A stretch of 64,000 nt of DNA from a virus. Under the pieces are notes generated by a model, which was given only the letters and a program-made list of their open reading frames with translations, was not told the DNA's origin and searched no databases. A program made the position numbers and the translations under genes. This document shows positions 20,268-29,554 of the stretch, one piece after another. Every line of letters begins with the position of its first letter. Within the stretch, counting starts at the first letter, position 1. The DNA is taken from positions 72,412-136,411 of IMG/VR virus record IMGVR_UViG_3300030106_005509, one strand, 5' to 3'.

Positions 20268-21045
20268 TTAGCCTTTCATGAAGCTTGTCCATAACCCTGC
20301 CCCAGTTACGCTCCCAGATTCTTTTTTCAACCACAAAACTAGAATTTTCACCATCTGTCCTAACCATAGTTAAGCATTTAGGTACATGCTGAATAACAAA
20401 CTTTTCACTTATTCTCATCCAAAGATCATAATCCTCACAAGTTCTCATGGTTACGTCGTAGTAACCAGTAGACTCCTCTGTAGCAACAAATGCTTTTTTA
20501 TTAATAATGCTTCCGCTATGAACTATGCACTCCTCAAGAAGTCTTCTTCTACTGTAAGGCTCTTTATATTCTCGTATGATCTTGCCCGTATTCAAATGAT
20601 GGTTCTCGTAGTCTCCATAAACAACGCCTATAGATTGCATGTCTTGTTTCATTACGTCAACCAGCGAGCTAATTTTGTTAGGAAACATTTCATCATCAGC
20701 ATCTAATACCGCATATATATCCGTGTCGTGGAGTGTGTATCTAATTCCTATATTTCTAGCGGAGCTTGGCCCTCCGTTTGCTGTGTTTATCGCTACAATC
20801 TTGGTGTCAGTATAAAGGTCTTGAGGCCACTTTATTAAAACATCACTATTCTCAAAACAGTCTTTAGCTGGACTATTTATATTTTGCGATATCACATCCC
20901 AAGAATCATCTGTAGAGCCATCGTTTATAACGCATATGGTCAATGGCCCTTTGTAGTCCTGCTTTAAGCAGCTATCTATAGCTCCCTGTATATAATGTGA
21001 ATCATTGTAACAGGCAAGTATTACGGTTACTCTAAGTTCTTCCAT
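20251..21045 (-). CDS. glycosyltransferase family 2
   Basis: INDGSTD, GPSSARN.G, LDADD, EDYDLW.R. Confidence 0.9.
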   Translation of the reverse strand: MEELRVTVILACYNDSHYIQGAIDSCLKQDYKGPLTICVINDGSTDDSWDVISQNINSPAKDCFENSDVLIKWPQDLYTDTKIVAINTANGGPSSARNIGIRYTLHDTDIYAVLDADDEMFPNKISSLVDVMKQDMQSIGVVYGDYENHHLNTGKIIREYKEPYSRRRLLEECIVHSGSIINKKAFVATEESTGYYDVTMRTCEDYDLWMRISEKFVIQHVPKCLTMVRTDGENSSFVVEKRIWERNWGRVMDKLHERLNAKVQ

Positions 21046-21850
21046 TTGAAAGTTCTTCTAAGCTCCAAACAACAGAAATTTTACTACCATCTTCACTCTG
21101 TATACCTTTTATTTTTTCAATAAGCGGCATCCCATAGTTTCCATTTAGATATTTATGCATCGTTGCCTGAGCTGCGTATGGAATATCATCATCGGAAAAT
21201 TTGACGTAAGCTACAGGGTCTAATTCGTCATTAGTTCTTTTATCAAGAAGTTCTACAATGTTAGTGACAGGCTTTTGGCCAGACTTTAGTACATAGTAAT
21301 AGCCGTTTTTTATGTGTGAGAAGACAAGGTCAATGCTTCTGAGATTTTCAGCGTCTTTCTCGACTAACTTACTAAGTTTCCAGTCATGCTCGCTCTCCTC
21401 ACCAAACACTTTTTGGCAGTTATCAACCATTGTAGTGTACTCCTCTTCTGAAGAGTCTGAAATGATGATATAACTGATTTTATCTTCGACAAGTTTAATT
21501 TGTTCGATGGTCAAATTAAGATCATCTAGTGTTGAATTCTTGTCAAATAAAACCAAGAAGCCTAAAGGAGGAACGGTTTCTTCCCTCATCTTATTTAAAA
21601 GGTTAGACTCTTGATCCTCTGATATATCTTTGGATTCTGCCCAATCTTTATCTCTGTAGTGGTTACACCAAGACTCTATAACGAAGAACTCGTTTTCTTC
21701 CAAGTCTTCTGCTTCGATGATGTCAACGCCTTTTTCTCTGTATTTATCTAGCCTTCCTGTCTTGCAGCCCGTCTGTGTTTTTTCTTCGTACTCAGCAAAC
21801 ACACATTCCTTACAAGAAGTGGTCAATTCATTCCCTAAATTGTCGTTCAC
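21032..21850 (-). CDS. hypothetical protein with Cys-rich N-terminus
   Basis: Long coupled ORF with CKEC...C...C at the N-terminus; function unknown. Confidence 0.5.
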   Translation of the reverse strand: MNDNLGNELTTSCKECVFAEYEEKTQTGCKTGRLDKYREKGVDIIEAEDLEENEFFVIESWCNHYRDKDWAESKDISEDQESNLLNKMREETVPPLGFLVLFDKNSTLDDLNLTIEQIKLVEDKISYIIISDSSEEEYTTMVDNCQKVFGEESEHDWKLSKLVEKDAENLRSIDLVFSHIKNGYYYVLKSGQKPVTNIVELLDKRTNDELDPVAYVKFSDDDIPYAAQATMHKYLNGNYGMPLIEKIKGIQSEDGSKISVVWSLEELSNGRT

Positions 21851-22356
21851 GGTCTTTCTCCCTCCACGATCATATTTATACCTTCGATTCTTTTCTTTGT
21901 GATTTTGACACCGTTTGCTTGGAGCAAGCCTATCAAATCTTCTATTTTTCTATGGCTAAGTTTAACACTCCAAGGCTTTTCAAAAGTTCCATGCACAACC
22001 TGATTGAAATCCTCAGTTGTTATCTTGCCGTTTTTAAATATTCTACAGACTTCTTCTATGTCTGTTCCCCCGATTGCTATTTTACCGCCATGTCTTAGTC
22101 TAGACACCCAATGAGAGACTACCGTTTTAGATTCTTCAAACTGCAAGTAATCTAAAATATCAGCGGCGTAAATCTCTGTGCATTCATTTTCTTGTGATAC
22201 TTCGGAAAGATTTCTTATATCAGCTTTAATAACATTTGTCTGATCTTCGTTTCCATTTTCGAGTATGACCTCCTCCCCCATTCTTTGTAGGGTAGGGTCT
22301 ATATTAACAAAGCCAGATTTATATCCTGAGCCGCCAAGTGTTATATTTATCTTCAT
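21847..22356 (-). CDS. divergent class I SAM methyltransferase-like protein
   Basis: NITLGGSG...GFVNID, DIR.L, W...L..GG.I. Confidence 0.5.
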   Translation of the reverse strand: MKINITLGGSGYKSGFVNIDPTLQRMGEEVILENGNEDQTNVIKADIRNLSEVSQENECTEIYAADILDYLQFEESKTVVSHWVSRLRHGGKIAIGGTDIEEVCRIFKNGKITTEDFNQVVHGTFEKPWSVKLSHRKIEDLIGLLQANGVKITKKRIEGINMIVEGERP

Positions 22357-22357
22357 C

Positions 22358-23374
22358 TCAACCTCTATATGTCGTATTAGCTGCTTCTTTAAATATTTGA
22401 TTCCAAGAGTCGATAAACTTTTTCTCGGAAAATTTTTGTTCTATTGTTTGCCGAGCTTTGAGACCCATCTCTTTTGCTAAGTCTTCGTCGTTCAGCAGAT
22501 CTACCAAATGCTGTTTTAATTCATTGGGGTCATTACTAATAAATCCATTTACTCCATGATCTATAACCTCTGGTATCATACACGTTGCGGTACTAACTAC
22601 GGCACATCCACAAGACATAGCTTCAAGAAGTGCTGTAGGGACTGGTGATATCGTAGAGGTATTAAGAAATATCCTAGAGTTTTGATAACCAGCAACTAGC
22701 TCTTCTGTAGAAGAAGCAGGCTCAGAAAGTCCCGGAGTGTCACCTATAACCTTATATGGCAATCCTTGTATGACATCTCTCCATAGGTGAAATCCACAAC
22801 ACCAATCTCTATTTATCCAGTCATTTACTACAGACAGGATATTATTTTCCCTCTCTCCAGTTCCGTAAGAGAATTTTTCAGAATCAACTCCGTGCTTGAT
22901 AACAACGGTATCTTTACCGTCTGGAAGCCATCTCCACTCTTTTATGCTATAGCCAGATATAAAAACGTTTTTGACACCTCTCATATTGTAAGTTCTTTGT
23001 AGTACATCTATTCCCCACTCAGGCATCGGAAGGGTATGTTCTAGGCTTACTAATGGAAGATGCAGTCTTCTGGCTAAAGACTCTGCTAGTTGAAATTGCC
23101 CAAATTTATTTTGTGAGAGGATGAGATCAAAGTCTAGGTTCAGCGGTATCTGTCTGTCTCCTAGATTTTTATCTAACAAGGTATAGTTTTCTGGTAGCTT
23201 TGCGTATGTGTGATTCCATTCTTTGATACCTTTAGCTCTGTACGCATAAAAATTGTGACCAGTTCTTGCCAGAAGAGTTTCATATCTCTCATGAGTGGGA
23301 AATGTTAGTATGTTTAGAGGCTCCACATATTTCCTAGTAGAGGCTCTAATTATGGAGGATACAGCGTTAGTCAT
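22358..23374 (-). CDS. glycosyltransferase family 4
   Basis: HGVD, PTALLEAMSCG..VV, PEVIDHGVNGF. Confidence 0.85.
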   Translation of the reverse strand: MTNAVSSIIRASTRKYVEPLNILTFPTHERYETLLARTGHNFYAYRAKGIKEWNHTYAKLPENYTLLDKNLGDRQIPLNLDFDLILSQNKFGQFQLAESLARRLHLPLVSLEHTLPMPEWGIDVLQRTYNMRGVKNVFISGYSIKEWRWLPDGKDTVVIKHGVDSEKFSYGTGERENNILSVVNDWINRDWCCGFHLWRDVIQGLPYKVIGDTPGLSEPASSTEELVAGYQNSRIFLNTSTISPVPTALLEAMSCGCAVVSTATCMIPEVIDHGVNGFISNDPNELKQHLVDLLNDEDLAKEMGLKARQTIEQKFSEKKFIDSWNQIFKEAANTTYRG

Positions 23375-24491
23375 TCAAAATATCCTTTATGAGCTTGCCT
23401 ATGTTTTCATGGGAATATTCTTTTGCTCTTTTTATTCCCTCACTCTTCATTGATACGTACTCTTTGTCTCCAGCTTTATACATCTCAAAGACTTTTCTCA
23501 TGGCTTTTCTTAATTGATTTACATCAATCGAATACCAATCCTCGTCGCTTGTAAACAGATCTTCAAAGGTGTTTGTCATCCCGTAGACAGGCTCCCATCT
23601 ACCCTCAACAAGAATACCAGCATTTTGGATGTAATCAGCCATGCCTCCAGTATTTGAGCATATTGGCGTGTTTCCAAATCCCATTGCATCAAAAGCGGGT
23701 ATAGACCAAGCTTCTCCATAACTTGGCATTACTAAGCAATTACAACTTTTGTGCAAAGCATACAAGTCATCCTCGTAAAGATTGTCTGTAATTATTAAAT
23801 CTTCTTTGTAGTCCTCTACACTTGCGTATTTTTTTATACCAGTCTTAACTTGGTCACAAACATCCTTAATTTCCACAGCGCATTGGTCGGGAGACATGGA
23901 GTATCTATTAGACTTTATCAGGATGGAGACAGGCTCATTCTTCCCAAATTCTGTATGGAAAGCTCTTATGAAAGCTTCCATGTTTTTTCTCTTATTCAAC
24001 TCTCCGACAAAGTAAAATATAAAGTTGTCTTTGGAGTTTGGTATATCAACCTCTTCGTAGTCTCGCTCAAACTTAGAAAAGCTAGTTGCATGAGGGACAA
24101 CCTTTATTGGTATGTTGACACCGCTTTCTTTGGCCGCATCTACCATTTGGTTGTTGATTACCCAAGCCTCGTCCATCATGTTTATTTTTCTAGCCCAGTT
24201 AGAAGAGTTGAAATTACTGGTTTCGCTAGCGTAAAGAGCTATGTTCTTCTTAAAGTCTCCACTGTATTCCATAAGGTGTGGTAGAGTGTGCTGGATGCAT
24301 ATTTCTGCACCTCTACTATCTTTAGCTTCAAGATGCAGTAGTTTTTTAGGTATTGTTGGACTGTTTTCGTTGAGCTTTAGTGGTCTTGGAACAACATCAA
24401 TGCCAGCACTATCCATAGCCAATATGTAGTCTATAGCGGCTTGCGCCCAGCCAGTTCCATCTCTGTAACAACCTATGTATAAGACTTTCAT
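23367..24491 (-). CDS. glycosyltransferase family 4
   Basis: RKN, PSYGEAWSIPAFDAMGFG; start taken at MKVLY. Confidence 0.8.
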   Translation of the reverse strand: MKVLYIGCYRDGTGWAQAAIDYILAMDSAGIDVVPRPLKLNENSPTIPKKLLHLEAKDSRGAEICIQHTLPHLMEYSGDFKKNIALYASETSNFNSSNWARKINMMDEAWVINNQMVDAAKESGVNIPIKVVPHATSFSKFERDYEEVDIPNSKDNFIFYFVGELNKRKNMEAFIRAFHTEFGKNEPVSILIKSNRYSMSPDQCAVEIKDVCDQVKTGIKKYASVEDYKEDLIITDNLYEDDLYALHKSCNCLVMPSYGEAWSIPAFDAMGFGNTPICSNTGGMADYIQNAGILVEGRWEPVYGMTNTFEDLFTSDEDWYSIDVNQLRKAMRKVFEMYKAGDKEYVSMKSEGIKRAKEYSHENIGKLIKDILND

Positions 24492-26125
24492 TCGATTCTT
24501 TCCTTGCGTTTTCTTTCCCAGTAGTTTCTTCTTTCGCATAAGTTAGCCGCAAGATTGTAGGCTATTTCTTTGTCAAAAGGCTGGTAATCGGGTTTTACAA
24601 ACTTGAAAGAATCTTCATTTAGGTACATGTCTCCAGTACCTTCTATATACATTCCGTAATTGAGATCCCTAATCATTCTTGACTCAAAGTAAGTATTGAG
24701 CCTTTCGGGTTCTCCAAGGACACTAATTATTATCCATTGCACATAATCTTTGACGGAAAGATGCGCTGGAATATCCCTGTCTGGCGTATGAAGTCTGGGT
24801 GGCGAAAGCCAAGTCTCCTCCTCTGATCTTATCTCTACAGAATCAAAGTAGTCTTCCCACTTTTTGGCTGTTTTGTCCCACTGGTAATACTTTTCAAAAT
24901 TAAGCCTACAATTTTTGGAAAGCATTTCTCTTTCGGCTTCTGAAAGGTTAAAAAAGTTTTCAAGTTCTTTAGCCGCCAAGTCATTATCGGGTACTGCTCT
25001 GTAGCATCCCGTTTCCATTTCTCTGTAAAGTGCTTTAGGCTTTAAGGGCGTGCCTCCTAGCTTTCTGACCACGCTGCTCATGGCTGAGTAATCTATGCTC
25101 ATAACGGGGACTCCACACGCAGCAGCTTCTACCTGCGGTAAACCAAACCCTTCGCTGTTAGCATACTGGACATAAAGATCAAAACAGTTCATAACAGCGG
25201 CTAAGAACTCATAGCTAACTCCATTTTTTACACTGGAAAGAACAGCATTTTGCCCTCCGCACTTGGGACATTTTGTCTTGGCATCTGCGAAAAATGTTGG
25301 AAATGCGTGCTTGCAGTCACCGCAGACGTAAGTGAACAAAACCTTTGATGCTATACCGTTTTCATTAAGCAGTTTAGGTATATCCCATCCAATGTCAGGA
25401 TAGCTAGTGTGGCAGTATAGATATACGTCCTTGTGACCACTATTCCTTAAATATTTACCAAACGCCTCAAATAAGTCAGGAAACAACTTCCTTCGCTGAT
25501 TACGCATGATGGTTCCAATGATTTTACTGTTCCCATCAAACCCCATCATTTCTTTATGTTTGAGCTTATTTTCTGCGGGCTTGTAAGCTTCATTAGCAGA
25601 CGGCGGAGCTGAACCCAGACATCTTATAGCTCCTCTGGACTCGGTTTCAAGAACCTCGTGACCCCAATCAGAATAGTTAAAAACACCGTCAGCATTAGCA
25701 AATGTTGAAAGCCATTGTTCATTTTGAGGAGCTGCGTCTACGGTTGGCATGATGACCCAGTGAAATAAATCTCTGTAAGGAGATCTTTGTTGGTAGTCAA
25801 GCATCCAGAAGTCTCGTATATCGAAAACGATATCTGGTTTGAAATCTAGTAATACTTGTTCAAATCTCCACTCACCAAATTGATTTGTAGGAATTGAATT
25901 GTATTCGTCTACCTGAGCCTTATCTGACTGGTCAGGCATATTCTGATAGAATTTCCAAGGAGTGCCAGCACTTATGGCGTCCTTTAAAAGTCCATAACTA
26001 GCAAATTCAGCTAATTCATATTTTTCAGTTTGGTAGAGTCTTCTAAGAACTTCTCTACCGTAGGTCGCATAACCCGTATTTAGATACGTAGCTTCACCAC
26101 AAAAAAGTATTCTTTTTTTTCTCAT
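24488..26125 (-). CDS. glycosyltransferase family 4 with an inserted zinc ribbon
   Basis: TGY..Y, RNQRRK, EGFGLPQVEAAACGVP; internal CGDC-x14-CPKC. Confidence 0.8.
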   Translation of the reverse strand: MRKKRILFCGEATYLNTGYATYGREVLRRLYQTEKYELAEFASYGLLKDAISAGTPWKFYQNMPDQSDKAQVDEYNSIPTNQFGEWRFEQVLLDFKPDIVFDIRDFWMLDYQQRSPYRDLFHWVIMPTVDAAPQNEQWLSTFANADGVFNYSDWGHEVLETESRGAIRCLGSAPPSANEAYKPAENKLKHKEMMGFDGNSKIIGTIMRNQRRKLFPDLFEAFGKYLRNSGHKDVYLYCHTSYPDIGWDIPKLLNENGIASKVLFTYVCGDCKHAFPTFFADAKTKCPKCGGQNAVLSSVKNGVSYEFLAAVMNCFDLYVQYANSEGFGLPQVEAAACGVPVMSIDYSAMSSVVRKLGGTPLKPKALYREMETGCYRAVPDNDLAAKELENFFNLSEAEREMLSKNCRLNFEKYYQWDKTAKKWEDYFDSVEIRSEEETWLSPPRLHTPDRDIPAHLSVKDYVQWIIISVLGEPERLNTYFESRMIRDLNYGMYIEGTGDMYLNEDSFKFVKPDYQPFDKEIAYNLAANLCERRNYWERKRKERIE

Positions 26126-26619
26126 AGATTGGCTTCTCTTATCCTGTCAAATATATCATCAAGTTTATTCGCTAGAACAGACTTGGTACAACCTAGAAAG
26201 TCACATATCTCTTTAGATGTGTAGTTTTCTAATTTTAATTTAATTATAAACGTTTGTTCTTGAGTAAGCCCATCTGGAACATAGTCAAAAAAGCTCTCTT
26301 TTATATAGTACTTAACTTTTTCTGTTTTTGCTAACAAAGAGCTGTCAAATACAACATGACTTTTTTTATTCTTAGTCTTTAGTTTTAGTATTTGATTTTT
26401 TACGCAAACGCTAGCATAAGTTGAAAATTTAGACTTTTCTTCATCATACGTTCTTATCGCTTTTAACAGGCCAATTAAACCAGCCTGTATCATGTCGTCT
26501 AAACTATGTCCCTCAGAAAGAAAATAAAGAGCTTGACTAACAACTAGCCCATAGTTTTCTTGGACAAGATGCTCTTCAAGCTCTGTTATATCTATATCTG
26601 TTTGGTTTTTATTTTGCAT
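26122..26619 (-). CDS. sigma-70-family RNA polymerase sigma factor
   Basis: Region 2 DDMIQAGLIGLLKAIRTYD...KFSTYA; C-terminal HTH. Confidence 0.8.
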   Translation of the reverse strand: MQNKNQTDIDITELEEHLVQENYGLVVSQALYFLSEGHSLDDMIQAGLIGLLKAIRTYDEEKSKFSTYASVCVKNQILKLKTKNKKSHVVFDSSLLAKTEKVKYYIKESFFDYVPDGLTQEQTFIIKLKLENYTSKEICDFLGCTKSVLANKLDDIFDRIREANL

Positions 26620-27016
26620 CTAATGTTTCAGACAGTTTATCACCTGAACTGGCATCATCTGAAACATTAGAATAGTCTGTATTAAAAAGTTTGAACTCTT
26701 TAACTCGAAATCTAGTCTTAAATTTTTTGTTCCCACTCTTGTCAGTCCAGCTGTTGTTTCTCGCTGAAGTTACTACGTCTACTATATCGCCCTTCTTGCA
26801 ATACTTGCCCAAAGTAGAGGCTCCTGTATCCCAAGCTTCAAAGTCAAAATAGTTAACGCTTTTCTTTTTCTTATACTCACCGTCAGATATCTTTTCTTTT
26901 CGATACTCAGTAACAGCTAAGGTAAACTTGCAAAGTTGCGTGTTTTCTACCTTAACAATTTCTGGATCTTGCGTAAGTCTTCCGATGAATCTGCAATAGT
27001 TTGAAATAGTGTTCAT
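26609..27016 (-). CDS. ssb: single-stranded DNA-binding protein
   Basis: GRLTQDPE, FTLAV, AW...A, KKGD, W.DK.G. Confidence 0.85.
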   Translation of the reverse strand: MNTISNYCRFIGRLTQDPEIVKVENTQLCKFTLAVTEYRKEKISDGEYKKKKSVNYFDFEAWDTGASTLGKYCKKGDIVDVVTSARNNSWTDKSGNKKFKTRFRVKEFKLFNTDYSNVSDDASSGDKLSETLDAK

Positions 27017-27073
27017 GGCGCTCCTCGTTAGGTCTTATATTAATAATATACTTCTGTGGGTGTTTAATTGCAA

Positions 27074-28636
27074 CTAAAGTTCGTACATTTCATCAACTAT
27101 TATGCCAGCTCTATCGCCAGAGGAAGCTTTTCCAACTAAAAGTATATTATTTCCAATATATGTAATATTTTTGTGTTTTATCCAAGACTCGTTAAACATT
27201 GTTACGTTTTCTATAGAACCTGTACCATCTTCTACCTGCATGAACACCATCTCTTTTCCCGCAGCTTTTCCTTTTGTCGGTATGTACTTATTATACTCAA
27301 CTATGGTGGCAGCAATTTTTACAGTGCCGATCTTTCCATTGATAATGTCTTTGCAGGTTGTGTCCGACTTGCTTGTGTCGTAGGTATCAATTTCGGAAAA
27401 GGTTAGTGGTGTGCCGTAGTAATTTGTTTCAGTCTGTATTATCCAGTTTGGATCGTCTTCAAGAGACATCGGTGGGTTTTCTAGCATGTCAACCAAAGAC
27501 ATGACCATCTCAAGCCTGTTTTTGTTTGCTACCCCACCGCCTTCTTTTTTAGGTCTTGCTAAGCTTCTTAGTAAAGGAATTAGACCTTCGTAGTCCTTGT
27601 AGTTTTCTTTAACCCATTCCTGCTCTTTTTTAGAAAGCTCTTGCACAGTAGTAAATTCATACTTCATCTTTTGTCTAGACACACCCATTACAGACACTAC
27701 ACCAGACTCTATCATTGCCTGTATATATGTTTTGTTTACTTCTCCGCAAGTTTCTATCAAAAATTCATACCAAGACATCTCGTGTGCGTTTTCAGGTAGC
27801 TTGTCAACTATCGAATTGATAGCCCTCTCTCCCAGTGACTTGACATTAGTAAGTCCGAAGTAAATTTTGCCATCCTTTACTACAGTTTCCTTGTTCATAT
27901 ATTTTAACGAGGGAGGATGGACGTTGATGTCATTGGACTTTGCGTCAACCACAAGTTCCTTGACTTCTTTTTGAGGGTCAGGCTTCCCACCTGAGTGTTT
28001 GAGATAGTTTGAGTAAAACTCCAGTGGGTAGTGGGACTTTGCGTAAGCGCTCCAATAGCTACATATTGCATAGCTTACAGAATGAGATTTGTTGAACGCA
28101 TATCGACTTGACTTTTCAATCCAGCTAAATATTTCTTCAGCGGTCTCTTTGTCAACTATGTTTTGTTTTTCAGCACCTTCTATAAAGTCTTCTTTGACTT
28201 TTGCCATCAGGTCAGCTTTTTTCTTACCAATAGCCTTCCTAAGATTGTCTGCATCCTCTAGTGTGAATCCAGCCAGCTGCTGCGCTATCTGCATCGACTG
28301 CTCTTGGTAAACTAATACCCCTTGAGTCTTTTTAAGTATTGGTTCAAGAGATGGATGGATATATGTGACAGACTCTTTTTCATTTTTTCTGTCTACATAA
28401 TGCTGTGTCATAGTTTTACCATCAACAACAGCTTTTAGACATCCGGGACGAATGATAGCTATAAGGTCAGAAAGCTCTTCTATATTATTAGGCTTTACTC
28501 TTTTTGCCCAACTTTTACCTAAGCTACTTTCTAGCTGGAATACGCCTTTCGTCCTACCGCTAGATATTAAATCCCAAGTATCTTGGTCGTCAAAGTGCAA
28601 ATTCTCTGCATCAAAGGTGGATGTTTCCATCTGCAT
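27074..28636 (-). CDS. dnaE: DNA polymerase III alpha, C-terminal half (fingers, HhH, OB)
   Basis: G.TKGVFQLES, IRPG, T.GVLVYQEQ.M, ADNLRKAIGKK, YAFNKSHS..Y, FGL..VK.LG and an OB fold; start at 28636 or 28630. Confidence 0.9.
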   Translation of the reverse strand: MQMETSTFDAENLHFDDQDTWDLISSGRTKGVFQLESSLGKSWAKRVKPNNIEELSDLIAIIRPGCLKAVVDGKTMTQHYVDRKNEKESVTYIHPSLEPILKKTQGVLVYQEQSMQIAQQLAGFTLEDADNLRKAIGKKKADLMAKVKEDFIEGAEKQNIVDKETAEEIFSWIEKSSRYAFNKSHSVSYAICSYWSAYAKSHYPLEFYSNYLKHSGGKPDPQKEVKELVVDAKSNDINVHPPSLKYMNKETVVKDGKIYFGLTNVKSLGERAINSIVDKLPENAHEMSWYEFLIETCGEVNKTYIQAMIESGVVSVMGVSRQKMKYEFTTVQELSKKEQEWVKENYKDYEGLIPLLRSLARPKKEGGGVANKNRLEMVMSLVDMLENPPMSLEDDPNWIIQTETNYYGTPLTFSEIDTYDTSKSDTTCKDIINGKIGTVKIAATIVEYNKYIPTKGKAAGKEMVFMQVEDGTGSIENVTMFNESWIKHKNITYIGNNILLVGKASSGDRAGIIVDEMYEL

Positions 28637-29294
28637 ATGCTTTCTCAAAGTTTACATTAGGTGCAAATTTTCTGTGCATTTTCATAAATGCTATCAATAG
28701 GTTGGCGGTGTCTTTGACATCCTGCAATGCGTCATGAGCATTAGTTTTGTCCATGCCTAAAAGGTCTCTCATAGAGTCCATACTCAGGGACTTTATGTCA
28801 GGATTATTCTCCATCCACATCCATACGGTGTGCATGAGGTCTAGCTTGTGTATTGGGTTGAACAAGCCTTGCCTGCCAGTTTTGTTGTGTTTAGGGCCGT
28901 ATTGCTCACACATCCGATCAACAATCGGCATGTCAAAACCAATAATATTGTATCCAGCAGCGAGTGGTGCATAGTAGTTAGTCTTCTTAAAGTTGTACTT
29001 GTTTACAAAGTCTGAAAACTTTTTCCATACAGTCTTGGGTAGAGGAGCTTTTGCTAAGTCTTCCCTATTTTTTCTAGTTATAGCTAACGCTTCATCTTCT
29101 AAAGGATCAAGCCCCATTTCAATCGCTTTGTCATCATCGAGTATCGGCCTTATTTCACTATTAAAATATCCACCGGGCTGTATGGTCAGCTTTCTCCCAT
29201 GTATAGCTACAGCAGCTATCTGGGTAGGCTGTGTCTTGTATGGGTTTCTAGAACCCGTTTCAAAGTCAAATACAATTATGTCCCTATAATTCAT
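28611..29294 (-). CDS. DnaQ-like DEDDh 3'-5' exonuclease
   Basis: FDFETG, GYNIIGFD, AHDALQDV. Confidence 0.85.
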   Translation of the reverse strand: MNYRDIIVFDFETGSRNPYKTQPTQIAAVAIHGRKLTIQPGGYFNSEIRPILDDDKAIEMGLDPLEDEALAITRKNREDLAKAPLPKTVWKKFSDFVNKYNFKKTNYYAPLAAGYNIIGFDMPIVDRMCEQYGPKHNKTGRQGLFNPIHKLDLMHTVWMWMENNPDIKSLSMDSMRDLLGMDKTNAHDALQDVKDTANLLIAFMKMHRKFAPNVNFEKAYADGNIHL

Positions 29295-29554
29295 CTTATC
29301 TTCCTTCTTATTTTTATAAACTCGTCTAAAGCCTCATTAAAGTTTTCATAAATCTTGCTGAATGGAACTTTTTTGTTTCCAGACTTTACGAGAGCTTTTG
29401 GATGAGTGCAGTGTACTTGGTACACATGTTTTTCATTATGTGTTTTGTAAAATTGTTGTATCGCTGATATCGAAAGAGATCTAAAGTCATAGTACCCTTT
29501 GGAAGAAACGGCTATGCATACTCTCTGTCTAATCGTCTTGTTGTTCGAGGTCAT
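29291..29554 (-). CDS. hypothetical basic protein between the dnaE halves
   Basis: 87-aa ORF overlapping both neighbours. Confidence 0.55.
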   Translation of the reverse strand: MTSNNKTIRQRVCIAVSSKGYYDFRSLSISAIQQFYKTHNEKHVYQVHCTHPKALVKSGNKKVPFSKIYENFNEALDEFIKIRRKIR

